Assembly: GCF_006345805.1 (NCBI RefSeq)
Contig: NC_043023.1
Span: 16,988,001 to 17,052,000, forward strand
DNA length: 64,000 nucleotides
From: Octopus sinensis
Taxonomy: Eukaryota
Direction of reading: 5' to 3'
The notes under the pieces were generated by a model. The model ran no database searches. It saw only the letters and a list, made by a program, of their open reading frames with translations, and was not told the origin of the DNA. A program made the position numbers and the translations under genes. Each line of letters opens with the position of its first letter. Position 1 is the first letter of the stretch. This document shows positions 25,071 to 60,599 of this stretch, in pieces.

Positions 25071-25616
25071 CTCTTCTGTGTAGTAATAGAATAATAAACA
25101 AGTCTTAACTAATTATTTTTCTTTGATATAAACTGTTTTATTACAATATTTAATTAAAAACCTATCTTTGGGATGGTATGTTTCATGAAGGTAATTAGCT
25201 TATCATCCGGAAAAAATCGTCATTTAAGCGTGTAAAAGCATTATGTGACAATGACAGTTTAGAAGAAATGAAATAAGCTTATGATAAATCAATCAGCATT
25301 AATTATCCATTGATTAGTCTTTCGTTTATGCTTCGGAATGAGCAACAAGAAGTCACTGTGAATACTACTATTTTATTAGCTCAAAATTAATCGATGAGTT
25401 TATACCGAAACGCCTCAAAAAACTTTCTCGGACATTTCTTGTTTGGACTTGTTATTTCTTTTGAAGCCACGGGTTTTATCTTTAGTTTACTTATTAAATA
25501 AACTTTACTTGTGAATTTGTCGATGATCCGTCTTAAGTGTTTTATTATTGATCGTAGGACGAAAGGTGGTCTTATATCCTTTGTATATATGCGTGTATAT
25601 ATATATATATATATAT

Positions 25617-25663
<47 letters not shown>

Positions 25664-25763
25664 NNNNNNNNNNNNNNNNNNNNNNNNNNNNNNNNNNNNN
25701 NNNNNNNNNNNNNNNNNNNNNNNNNNNNNNNNNNNNNNNNNNNNNNNNNNNNNNNNNNNNNNN
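25664..25763. other. Assembly gap (100 N placeholder) at the duplication junction
   Basis: Exactly 100 N, directly after an (AGAT)n run. Confidence 0.99.
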
Positions 25764-26108
25764 AATGTCTTAAAATTTTTGGATATTTTTCTTTCACCGA
25801 TCTCCTCTCACAGAACTTGTGTCTTTTCTCTTTCTGCTTATTTCAGCACAAACCTTCCGTCCGCCTGAAACCGTTTCACACTCGTATACTTTCCCACACA
25901 TCCATCACACCTTCCTCATTCCTCTCCCCTTTTCATCTCCTTCCCACTCGTGCACACTTCTACCTCCTCATCCACACTTTCTTCTCACACTCTTAACGAC
26001 AACTCACACACACACACACACACCATCATCTCGCATACCCAACGTATCTACGCCACTAAACTTTTGAATTTGCACACTTCTAGACACATGCATATCCCAA
26101 GCAACCGT

Positions 26109-26143
<35 letters not shown>

Positions 26144-26252
26144 CCTTCCTATATGTCCAGTTTCAGATACCCATCCCTCTTCCCTTATTAACTCCCTCCT
26201 TATTGAACTGCATTTCATCCGGTCCCTAACACTTTGTCCGTTTTATCTCTCT

Positions 26253-26292
<40 letters not shown>

Positions 26293-26580
26293 CCTCTCTC
26301 TCTCTCTCTCATCGTTTATTCTTCTTTCTAACTCCTATAAGCTTTTCCTTTCCTTCTGATGAAGGACTCACCTCTGAAATCTTGAGTTTTTCTCTTCTAT
26401 TAAAGCATTAAGCTAACAGCGTATCTGTTGAACGCTGTCCTGTCTATGATATCCTTTATTATTATTCAAAGCATATACACTGTATATCAATGTCTGTCTG
26501 TCCGTGTGTATGTATGTATGTATGTATGTATGTATGTATGTATGTGTGTATGTGTGTATGTATGTATGTATGTATGTATG

Positions 26581-26614
<34 letters not shown>

Positions 26615-26655
26615 TGTATGTATGTATATATGTATGTATGTATGTATCTATCTAC

Positions 26656-26705
26656 CTAAGAATAGAGAGATACTGAGATGACCAGGTGTTCGTAAGGTAT
26701 TATAA
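26656..26705 (-). CDS. Gene B terminal exon, distal identical copy
   Basis: Identical 50-nt coding segment with its own polypyrimidine acceptor, 519 bp from the proximal copy. Confidence 0.55.
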
Positions 26706-26808
26706 CTGAAAAGAAAAAAAGAATCAAGGAAAAACTTATTTAGAAAATAATGAGGTTAATTCTAAGTTTCTCGATGATCATCACACACACACACACACAC
26801 ATACATAC

Positions 26809-26845
<37 letters not shown>

Positions 26846-26990
26846 TACATACATATATATATATATATGCATACATATATATATATGTAAGTATATGTAT
26901 GTATGTATGTATGTAGATATAGATGTATGTATATGTATTATGTATGTTGGATATATATATATGTAGGTACGTATGTATACATATATATAT

Positions 26991-27021
<31 letters not shown>

Positions 27022-27030
27022 TTATATATA

Positions 27031-27066
<36 letters not shown>

Positions 27067-27174
27067 TGTATGTGTGTATGTGTGTATGTATGTATGTATG
27101 TATGTATGATATATGTATGTATTGTATGTATGTATGTATGTATGTATGTATGTATATATGTATGTTCTATCTAC

Positions 27175-49304
<22,130 letters not shown>

Positions 49305-49405
49305 TCCTGAAAAATATATTTTATATATTTTGTAAATTATATTAATTATTTTGATTTGCCTAATAGTGGTTTTATCTCTAATTTAATTTAATATATATGT
49401 ATATA

Positions 49406-49920
49406 CTAGCAGTATCGCCCGGCATTGCTCGGGTTTGTAAGGGAAATAACTATATAAGCATTTTTAGAGAGTTACTTCCCTTATAGATGCCAATTCGGGC
49501 TTTCTTAGCCATTTCTGTTTTGGTGTCTTCAAGCCATGAAGTCGTTGTTCTAAAAGAACGCCGGTCTCCTTGACAACGCTTTACGACGTTGATTTCCTTA
49601 CACTCCCTTCCCCACAGCTTCACGAGGGAGGGAAGAAGGGGGAGAAGCAAACAGGTGCAGGTGTGACCATGGAAGCCAACTCCACCGCCATCGACATACG
49701 ATGCATTTTATGCATTAAAATGGAATAAAAAATGATGTTAAATTATTTTTGAAATCGTAGACTCATCGTAGACGCGCGCTAATACTCAGACGGGCTCGAT
49801 ATGAATCACGAATATAAGATACCCGAATTTGGTTAAACTGCACCGCAAAATGTGAGAGTAGTTAGGAATCTAAATCGAAGGGGACAGACACGCACACAAC
49901 TACAGTTTTATATATATAGA
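49406..49920 (-). mobile_element. 515-bp non-autonomous Helitron, gene B only
   Basis: A|TCTATATATATAAAA 5' end at 49920; CCCGAGCAATGCCGGG hairpin + CTAG|T 3' end at 49406; the site is empty in unit A (~12915). Confidence 0.85.
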
Positions 49921-51967
49921 TATACACATACATGAATGAACATTTAACATTCTATTATTTTATTTTATTTTATTATATTATATTATATTATATCATTATA
50001 AGATTGTAAATAAAACGTGAAAATCAGACAAGGTTGGAATTCCTTTTATTAATATATTCTTCTATACACAATCACACACACCCGTATATATATCTATACA
50101 CATACATATATATATTCTCTCTTTTACTCTTTTACCTGTTTCAGTCATTTGACTGCGGCCATGCTGCAGCACCGCCTTTAGTCGAGCAAATCGACCCCGG
50201 GACTTATTCTTTGTAAGCCCAGTACTTATTCTATCGGTCTCTTTTGCCGAACCGCTAAGTGACGGGGACGTAAACACACCAGCATCGGTTGTCAAGCAAT
50301 GCTAGGGGGACAAACACAGGCACACACACACACACACATACATATACATATATATACATACATACGACGGGCTTCTTTCAGTTTCCGTCTACCAAATCCA
50401 CTCACAAGGCATTGGTCGGCCCGGGGCTATAGCAGAAGACACTTGCCCAAGATGCCACGCAGTGGGACTGAACCCAGAACCATGTGGTTGGTAAGCAAGC
50501 TACTTACCACACAGCCACTCCTGCGTCTATATATATACATTTATACATATACATACATATATACATACGTATATATATAGAGAGAGAGAGAGGGGGTGAG
50601 AGACATACAGACAGACAGACAAAAATATACACACACAACACACATATATACAATCATCTAGTATATGTGTGTGTGGTTTTATGTTGGTGTTTGTCCTCAA
50701 CCAAAACCTGACAACCGTTGTTGGTTTGTTTACGACTTCGGATCTTTTCCTTTTGAACGGCAGACAATTTCTAGTTAACTAAACACTTTTAAACTTCGTA
50801 TACTGTTAGAATGTGTCAAAATAAAACATTTTTTTCTCTTGGCTTTCTTGAGAAAATTGTAATTTGTTTGTTTAACGTAGTTTAATTTTTCGAATTTTAA
50901 CCAATCCTATGCTCTCTTTTGAGCTAAAATCATTTGCTGCGTCTAAAACTGAGACAACATCCTGTAACTAACCCTAAACCTCCCCCTAACCCTCACCCAA
51001 ATTTTTTTTTCTTAATTGTTAAATTAATTTAATTGCTACGTGTGTAAAAAAAACTAAACCAATGAAAAATAATTTAACAATTAACAAACAAAATAATTCT
51101 ATAATTTTATACACACGCTTTCCGTACGTATACGGAAAGCGTGTGTATAAAATTATAGAATTATTTCGTTTTAGCCTTCCATTTTTTTTACACGCGTAAC
51201 AATTAAATTAATTTAACAATTAAGAAAAAAAATTAGGGTGAGGTTTAGGGTTAGTTACAGGATGTTGTCTCAGTTTTAGACGCAGCAAAAGATTTTAGTT
51301 GAATGGAGGTAATCGATTGGTTAAAATTGCCGAAATGCTCGGATTTTCAGACGAAATATCTTACAAACTATAGAATTTTCTCAATAAAACCAAGGGGAAA
51401 TGATGTTTTATAAACACATTCTACAAGTATACGAAGTTTAAAACTTTTTAGTTACCTAGAAATTATGTTACAAACAGCCGTTCAAAAGGAAAAGATCCAC
51501 GACTTCTTATCTCTGAGGTTCGACCAAATGGACGAGAACAAAATTACCAGGCTTTGAAAAATAGGTACTGGGGACGAATTGTTCGACTAGACCCTTTAAG
51601 ACTGTGCTGCAGCATGGCCGTAGTCTCACCCCAAACCTGAAATGGACTGCCCCTGCTATATTTAATATATGTAACTCCTACTAAATATGCTGAGTGCCCT
51701 TTCTTTCGTTTGACCACTTACTCGTACATTGATGCAATGGTAGCACATTTATCGCAAATATAAGAGGTGTGGGTTCGAGTCCCATGCGTACGGAAAAAAA
51801 CTTACTTTTATCCGTCGTGGTCTTATATGCCCCAGAATTAGACTATTTTCTTTAATCGATACACGGTGATCGTCCATAAGCTTTTTAAGCTTATAATATA
51901 TTCATTATTATTTGCAGAATTGTCACTCGTCGCCACTTTTCTATTTAACGCACATATACATATGTAC

Positions 51968-52020
<53 letters not shown>

Positions 52021-52454
52021 ATATATATATATATATAATATATATATATAAGTGTTGTGTGTGTGTGTGTGTGTGTACATATATATCTTTAAATATGAAA
52101 AATTAATTTATTAGGTTTTTATTATATGTGCATATATATTTATTTATACAGATTATTTTAGATTTTAATATTTATATACATTTATATATTTTCATTGATA
52201 ATTTATATATATTAGTCATTTTTAAATATTTATGTAATTAGATATAGACTAATACCGATATTAGATTATTGGTGGGTTTCCTACCTTATAAATTAAAATT
52301 AATATTAACATTATAGTCGATTTTGATATAATCATAATTGTTAAGTTTTATGTTTCTAGTTTGATAATAGAGTTTATTATAAGTAAAATATTATATTATT
52401 TATATCTTAAAAATATTGTTTAAATATTTCTGATTATATTTTAGATATTTCAAT

Positions 52455-52525
52455 TAGCCTGAAGATTGACTGTAACCATAACTCGAATTATTACGAATTG
52501 TACAGCCATGAAACGATCGTAGTGT
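52455..52525 (+). ncRNA. Degenerate type I hammerhead in a unit-B-only AT-rich insert (~52090-52750)
   Basis: CTGAAGA-tTGaCTGTA...TACAGCCAT-GAAA-C-GATC-GTA; stems I and II carry mismatches. Confidence 0.5.
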
Positions 52526-52781
52526 TTTACTCTTTATCTTTTATTAAACTTTTAATACTTTTGATATATATTTAAAATAATATAAATTAATTAATTTTGT
52601 ATATTGGCTTATGTTTTTCATTATTTGATTTGCCTAATAGTGGTTTTATCTGTAATTTAATATAACATAATATAATATATTTATACTATAAAATTGGATT
52701 TAATCCTAAATCTGATTTTTCCCTGTAAGTTTGGATTTATTCCCTAATATTTTATTATATATATATATATATATATATATC

Positions 52782-52860
<79 letters not shown>

Positions 52861-53036
52861 TGTACACACATATATATATATGTACATATATATATATACA
52901 TATATATATATGTACATATATATATGTATATATATATACATATATATATATGTATATATGTACATATATATATGTATATATATATATTACATATATATAT
53001 ATATATATACACACATATATATATATATGTACACGT

Positions 53037-53144
<108 letters not shown>

Positions 53145-53986
53145 TATATGTGTTAAATATGAATGCAGTGGCTGAATAAAAATGTATTGTTTGTGACTTC
53201 GGTCGAAAAAAGCGAACATTTAACCGTCTCTATTCTATCTTTTGTTTAGCAATAGAATAATAAACAAGTCTTAACTAATTATTTTTCTTTGATATAAACT
53301 GTTTTATTACAAAATTTAATTAAAAACCTATCTTTGGGATGGTATGTTTCATGAAGTAGTCTTGTTTCAATAATTAAAAGGTAATTAGCTTATCATCCGG
53401 AAAAAATCGTCATTTAAGCGTGTTAAAGCATTATGTGACAATGGCGGTTTAGAAGAAATGAAATAAGCTTATGATAAATCAATCAGCATTAATTATCCAT
53501 TGATTAGTCTTTCGTTTATGCTTCGGAATGAGCAACAAGAAGTCACTGTGAATGCTACCATTTTATTACTCATTACTCTTTACTCTTTACTCTTTTACTT
53601 GATTCAGTCATTTGACTGCGGCCATGCTGGAGCACCGCCTTTAGTCGAGCAAATCGACCCCGGGACTTATTCCTTTGTAAGCCCAGTACTTATTCTATCG
53701 GTCTCTTTTTGCCGAACCGCTAAGTGACGGGGACGTAAACACACCAGCATCGGTTGTCAAGCAATGCTAGGGGGACAAACATAGACACACAAACATACGC
53801 GCACATATATATATATACATATATACGACAGGCTTCTTTCAGTTTCCGTCTACCAAATCCACTCACAAGGCATTGGTCGGCCCGGGGCTATAGTAGAAGA
53901 CACTTGCCCAAGGTGCCCCGCAGTGGGACTGAACCCGGAACCATGAGGTTGGTAAACAAGCTACTTACCACACAGCCACTCCTGCG

Positions 53987-54024
<38 letters not shown>

Positions 54025-56376
54025 TACGACAGGCTTCTTTCAGTTTCCGTCTACCAAATCCACTCACAAGGCAATGGTCGGCCCGGGGCTAGAGCAGAAG
54101 ACACTTGCCCAAGATGCCACGCAGTGGGACTGAACCCGGAACCATGTGGTTGGTTAGCAAGCTACTTACCACACAGCCACTCCTGCGCCTTAATCGATCA
54201 GTTTATACCGAAACGTCTCGCAAAACTTTCTCGGACATTTCTTGTTTGGACTTGTTATTTCTTTCGAAGTCCATCAGTTTTCTTCTTTCATTTATTCTCC
54301 GTTTGTTTATCAAATAATCTTTACTTTTTCATTTTATCAATGATCCGTGTTTTGTGTTTTATTATTGATCGCTGGACGATAGGTGCTCTTTTATCGTGTG
54401 TACATGTACATATGTATTCATTTGGAGGCGCAATGGCCCAGTGGTTAGGGCAGCGGACTCGCTGTTTATTGAGCGAAAACACCTAAAAGCTCCACGAGGC
54501 TCCGGCAGGGGATGGTGGTGATCCCTGCTGTACTCTTTCACCACAACTTTCTCTCTCACTCTTACTTCCTGTTTCTGTTGTACCTGTATTTCAAGGGGCC
54601 GGCCTTGTCACTCTCTGTGTCACGCTGAATATCCCCGAGAACTACGTTAAGGGTGCACGTGTCTGTGGAGTGCTCAGCCACTTACACGTTAATTTCACGA
54701 GCAGGCTGTTCCGTTGATTCGGATCAACCGGAACCCTCACCGCACTTTCACCGTTTAGGCTGTCTGATGTCATCACAGATCTACGTCAGGAATTCTGCAG
54801 TGTTCGTTGAATTTATTACGGAGGCTCTTTTCGGTTTGAACGGCAGTTTTTCTAGCGGTGTCATATGAAATTGTCACCCATAATTATGACCCTAGTATCG
54901 ATCTATTGCATTTCAATCTGTTTTAGGGTTAGGGTTAGTTAGGATTAGGGGTGGAGGAAGGGTATCTTTTTTTCTTCACAAATGTAAATAAACCCATATC
55001 TGTTTCTTAAACGAGGGACATATTCATATGGCACAGAAAGTTATTTACCTCAATAGACGTCATTGATTTGTTGAAATTGCAGAAATTGAAGAAAAAAAAC
55101 CAACAAATATCTTACAAACTATAGAATTTTCTTAATAAAGTCAAGAGAAAAAGATGTTTTATAAACACATTCTACCAGTATACGAAGTTTAAAAGTGTTT
55201 AGTTACGTGGAAATTATGTTAAAAACTGCCGTTCAAACCGAAAAGATCCACGGCAAACTCTGCTAGGGCGGGATTCGAAGTGAAAGCGTAAAGACTGAAA
55301 ACTAAAGATATTTTATCAGTCGATCCAAGATTTCTCCAAATCCACAATTTTAGTAATTATCTCTCTTTTCATTAATACCTATTTCTTTACTACCCACAAG
55401 GGGCTAAACACAGAGAGGACAAACAAGGACAGGCAAAGGGATTAAGTCGATTATATCGGCTTCAGTGCGTAACTGGTACTTATTTAATCGACCCCGAAAG
55501 GATGAAAGACAAAGTCGACCTCGGCGGAATTTGAACTAAGAATGTAAAGACAGACGAAATATCTATTTCTGTACTACCCACAAGGGGCTAAACACAGAGA
55601 GGACAAACAAGGACAGACAAAGGGATTAAGTCGATTATATCGACTCCAGTGCGTAACTTGTACTTATTTAATCGACCCCGAAAGGATGAAAGACAAAGTC
55701 GACCTCGGCGGAATTTGAACTCAGAATGTAAAGACAGAAGAAATACCTATTTCTTTACTACCGACAAGGGGCTAAACACAGAAGGGACAAACAAGGACAG
55801 ACGAAGGGATTAAGTCGATTATATCGACCCCAGTGCGTAACTGGTACTTATTTAATCGACCCCGAAAGGATGAAACACAAAGTGGACCTCGGCGGAATTT
55901 GAACTCAGAATGTAAAGACAGACGAAATACTTATTTCTTTACTACCCACAAGGGGCTAAACACAGAGAGGACAAACAAGGACAGACAAAGGGATAAGTCG
56001 ATTATATCGACTCCAGTGCGTAATTGGTACTTATTTAATCGACCCCGAAATGATGAAAGACAAAGTCGACCTCGGCGGAATTTGAACTCAGAATGTAAAG
56101 ACAGACGAAATATCTATTTCTGTACTACCCACAAGGGGCTAAACACAGAGAGGACAAACAAGGACAGACAAAGGGATTAAGTCGATTATATCGACTCCAG
56201 TGCGTAACTGGTACTTATTTAATCTACCCCGAAAGGATGAAAGCAAAGTCGACCTTGGCGTAATTTGAACTCAGAACGTAACGGCAGACGAAATACCGCC
56301 GAGCATTTCGCCCGGTGTTCTAACGATTCTGCCAGCTCGCCGCCTTTTTCATTCTTAATATCATTAATTCACTTAC

Positions 56377-56389
56377 CTTTCAGATTCAT
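56377..56389 (-). CDS. Candidate first coding exon end of gene B (MNLK+G)
   Basis: Identical to 19159-19171, with donor GTAAGT. Confidence 0.45.
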
Positions 56390-59300
56390 GACTGTTACAG
56401 AGTTTGTTAAGTAAACCTTCCCTTTTAGTTGCAAAATCTACCAACCGGACGGGTCCCACTGGAATCAGTATCGTCTGCTTTTAGTGTTTCTTTTTTCTAG
56501 TTCCAATAAACAGGATTTCTTATATTTATTTCAGTTCTCTTCGTTCTGACAATTTAAGAATAAATTCAGGATATTTCACAGTTGATTTCTTTTTGTATTG
56601 GCTTCGAGAAGATAATAAGCCCTTAAAACGATCTCACCAGATCTTTTCCACCCTTATAAAGATACGTGTTCCACTTAAACTTTCTTTCCTTCTAACTCCA
56701 GAAGCTGTCGCCAGGTTATTTCACTTTTTCTTAAACACGTTCTTAAACTCGGGGGTCTTCTGCCTTTTAATATTTCGTTTTCTAGTTTCGATAAACAGGA
56801 TTTCTTTTATTCCTTTCTATTCTCTTCGTTCCGACAATTTAAGAATAAACTTAGGATATTTCACAGTTCAAGCTTCAAGAAGATGATATCTCCTTAAAAC
56901 AATATCTTAAAATTTTTCCTCTCTTATTAACATAGATGTACAACTTGAACTTTCGTTCCCTCGAATTCCAGGAGCTGTCGCCAGGTTATTTCACTTTTTC
57001 TTAAGCACGTTCATAAACTTAGTGTCTTGTATTGTGGTGTCTTACTTTTCAAAATACTTTGCTTGTAAGATTACAAGTAAATTATGTTTCACCCACAGAT
57101 TTGTCAGTTTTTTCAATCAATTACCGCTTCTCTCCATCGATATTTGCAAATAAACCACTACAAACAAAACGCCTGTATTTATATGCCTGCTAAACAAAAG
57201 AATTCTGTTTTAACATCGCAATATAACGATTGCTCACAATTTGTTTATTGTTTATTTTGCACTGAACAAATTACGCTTAACGCTCTCCAAAGAAATACGA
57301 TCAATGATTACAAGTTAATATTTTTGTGAAACGTAGGCGTGTTTATGTTTGTGTTTTGGTTACAAATAAGTATTGATAATCTCCGAGGAAGGCATCAATG
57401 ATACAAATTCTCCCTTTAATTAGCAAACAAGCTTCTTTACAGTATTTATTTGGGATCTTTTCGGTTTGAACGGCGGTTTTTTCTAGCGATGTCATATGAA
57501 ATTGTCACCCATAATTATGACCCTAGTATCGATCTATTGCATTTCAATCTCTTTTAGGGTAAGGGTTAGGATAGGGGTTAGTTAAGGTTAGGGTTAGTGT
57601 GGGGGGAAGGGTATCTTTTTTTCTTCACAAATGTAAATAAATTCAATCTGTTTCTTAAACGAGGGGCATATTCATACGGCACAGAATGTTGTTTACCTCA
57701 ATAGACGTCAGTGATTGGTTGAAATTGCAGAAATTGAAGAATAAAAACAACAAATATCTTACAAACTATAGAATTTTCTCAATAAAGCCAAGAGAAAAAG
57801 ATGTTTTATAAACACATTCTACCTTACGTGGAAATTATTTTAAAAAACTGCCGTTCAAACCGAAAAGATCCCTGTTTCTTAAAACGAGGGACATATTCAT
57901 ACGGCACAGAATGTTATTTATCTCAATAGACGTCATTTATTGGTTGAAATTTCAGAAATTGAAGAAAAAAAACAAATATCTTACAAACTATAGAATTTTC
58001 TCAATAAATCAAGAGAAAAAGATGTTTTATAAACACATCCTACCAGTATACGAAGTTTAAAAGTGTTTAGTTACGTGGAAATTATGTTAAAAACTGCCGT
58101 TCAAAGCGAAAAGATCCTGAGAGGGTCCTACTTTGAAGGAAATTAGAGTTTTGTAATTCTATAAAGCCAATAAATGCCTCCCTGAAAAGTCTGGAAACTT
58201 CTGGACTGCATCTTGCATGTGTCAATTTATTCTTAACACATCTAGGCGGGTTCAGATACAAAATATGCTGAGAGCTGTAGCATATTCTCTGAGTAGAATA
58301 ACTTTTTACTTTTACGACAACAGGACGTTCAACACACTTGTGTCATTGACACGCGGCGCTCGGAGGCAACGGTGTTTATACATGCTGTGTCTCGTCAGCC
58401 AGAAGTTGGAACTTTGAGACTAGCCAAAACTCATGGCTTTGCTAATGTTTTTTCAGCGCACAAATTGTCTATTGATCTATTCTCTATACAGGGGGACCTA
58501 CTGAAAACATACGTTCCACAGATTTTATGGGGTCACCAGGCCTTTTTGATGTGGGATCTGTGCAGAGTTTTGATCTGGGATCTGTGCAGAGCCATTCTTT
58601 TACGTAGACTGTTTTTTGTTTGGCCTATGTATTGCTCTTGACACCCAGAGCAGGTTAGTGTGTATATCAGGTTCTCCGAAGCACATGTGAAGTTGCTTTT
58701 CACTGTGAAACGTTGTCCCTGTTTGAAGGAAAACTCTGATCCCTCAATTAAACTGAACCATATCCCACAGTTGGGTCTTACACTTCTTTTTACTGACGGC
58801 TTCTGTGTTAGGAGACTTTTCATAGATTTGAGCTGTCTCTTTCTTTTTATGGGGGGGTGTGTTTGGAGGATTAAGTTCATTCTGTGATCCTTTTTTAGCA
58901 GGGGTATGTTTTGGAGGATGGTGTCGAAGGCTTCATTGTTGAGAGAGTTAAGTGTGGAGAGGTATGGTAGGGCTTTTGGTTGTAAATCTTTCTTTAATTT
59001 CGGATGTCTGAGTTCCTGGATGTTGAGTTGGAGGGCACGTTAAAACGCATATGTCAATTAGTGAAGGTGGGTAGTTCCTGGTGATGTGTGTATCCTTTAG
59101 TTCATGTAGTCGTGTGTCTCTGGTGTTTGCATTAGAGACTATAGTACATATCCTTTTAGCTAGGTTGAAGGGGGTATTCATTCTGGTGTGTCTGGGGTGG
59201 GATGAGTTGAACGGTAGATATTGCTTGGACTCCGTAGGCTTATAGTATATATCTGTTTCAATTATGTTGTTAGATTTCTTAATGAGGATGTCGAGGAAGG

Positions 59301-59500
59301 GAACTTGTTGCTGGCTATATTCCATCGTGAACTGAAGTACATATATATATATATATATATATATAAGCGAGAAAGAAGCAACAAGAATGGATAGGTTTTT
59401 AGTACAATCGTTTCATACAAGGACAGGCTTTATTAAATGTTGCAAAAATTACAGCATATAAACGTGTCCCGTACTAGGATGTCTAGAGAACTCACATGTA

Positions 59501-59591
59501 TTTTAGCTGATGAGTACGGGACACGTTTATATGCTGTAATTTTTGCAACATTTAATAAAGCCTGTCCTTGTATGAAACGATTGTACTAAAA
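59501..59591 (+). ncRNA. Type I hammerhead ribozyme (duplicate of 22282-22372)
   Basis: Identical sequence in unit B. Confidence 0.75.
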
Positions 59592-60494
59592 ACCTATCCA
59601 TTCTTGTTGCTTCTTTCTCGCTTATAATCACCCCACATTACTGTATTGTTAAAACAGTATAGTTTTTTTTTGGTGCATCTAAGTTAGGTACCATATTCAA
59701 GTAAATTCATTTAAATTAACTTGAATCTTTATTGCTTTTTGTATATATATATATATATATATATAGTTTAATTTCGTTAACGGAAACGTTTTTGAATATG
59801 CATATAAAACTCCTATTCTATGATAAAGCCTAATGATGCCAACTGGTAATAGTAATTTTTGAGGTTGTACCGAGCTGTACCGATATAATGTAGGATTAAT
59901 AATAATAATAATAATCTTAACTGATTGGAAGTGTTATCATGTACATTGTTTTGTCTTGGTATAAAAGATGGGTTTTACAGCAAAGATTCTGCTCAATACC
60001 ACAGATTTGCTTGTCAGTTGTTTGACCATAACCAGTTGACCATGTCCCTTAGTTGCTGATGATATGTGCATCTCTGATCATGAGCAGAAGTAGTGGGGGA
60101 GCATCATAGCCATGTGATAAAATGAATTCTCTGGGGTTTGGATAATTCACCTCTGGAAACATGGTTGTTTCGTTCAACATCATGAAACAACCCTTATTCA
60201 GGGACCTTTTGAGCAGGATGGGCTACTCGACTTGAAGAAAATTCTAACTGGGCCCTACCTGCAAGGTCATGTGTTGTTTATCTTGATATGAGATTACCAT
60301 GTCACGCACATATGGTTGTGATGCATGTGTCTGGTGTACCCTTATCAGACGGGTAGTCATGATGGGTATATTGGGCTTCGTATATCTTAATCCAGTGTCA
60401 CTTTGATGGCACGCACTGCTCTTTCACTGAATGATAATAATAATAATAATATAATAATAATAATAATAATAACAACAACAACCACAACAACAAC

Positions 60495-60535
<41 letters not shown>

Positions 60536-60563
60536 TAATAATAATAACAACAACAACAACAAC

Positions 60564-60599
<36 letters not shown>

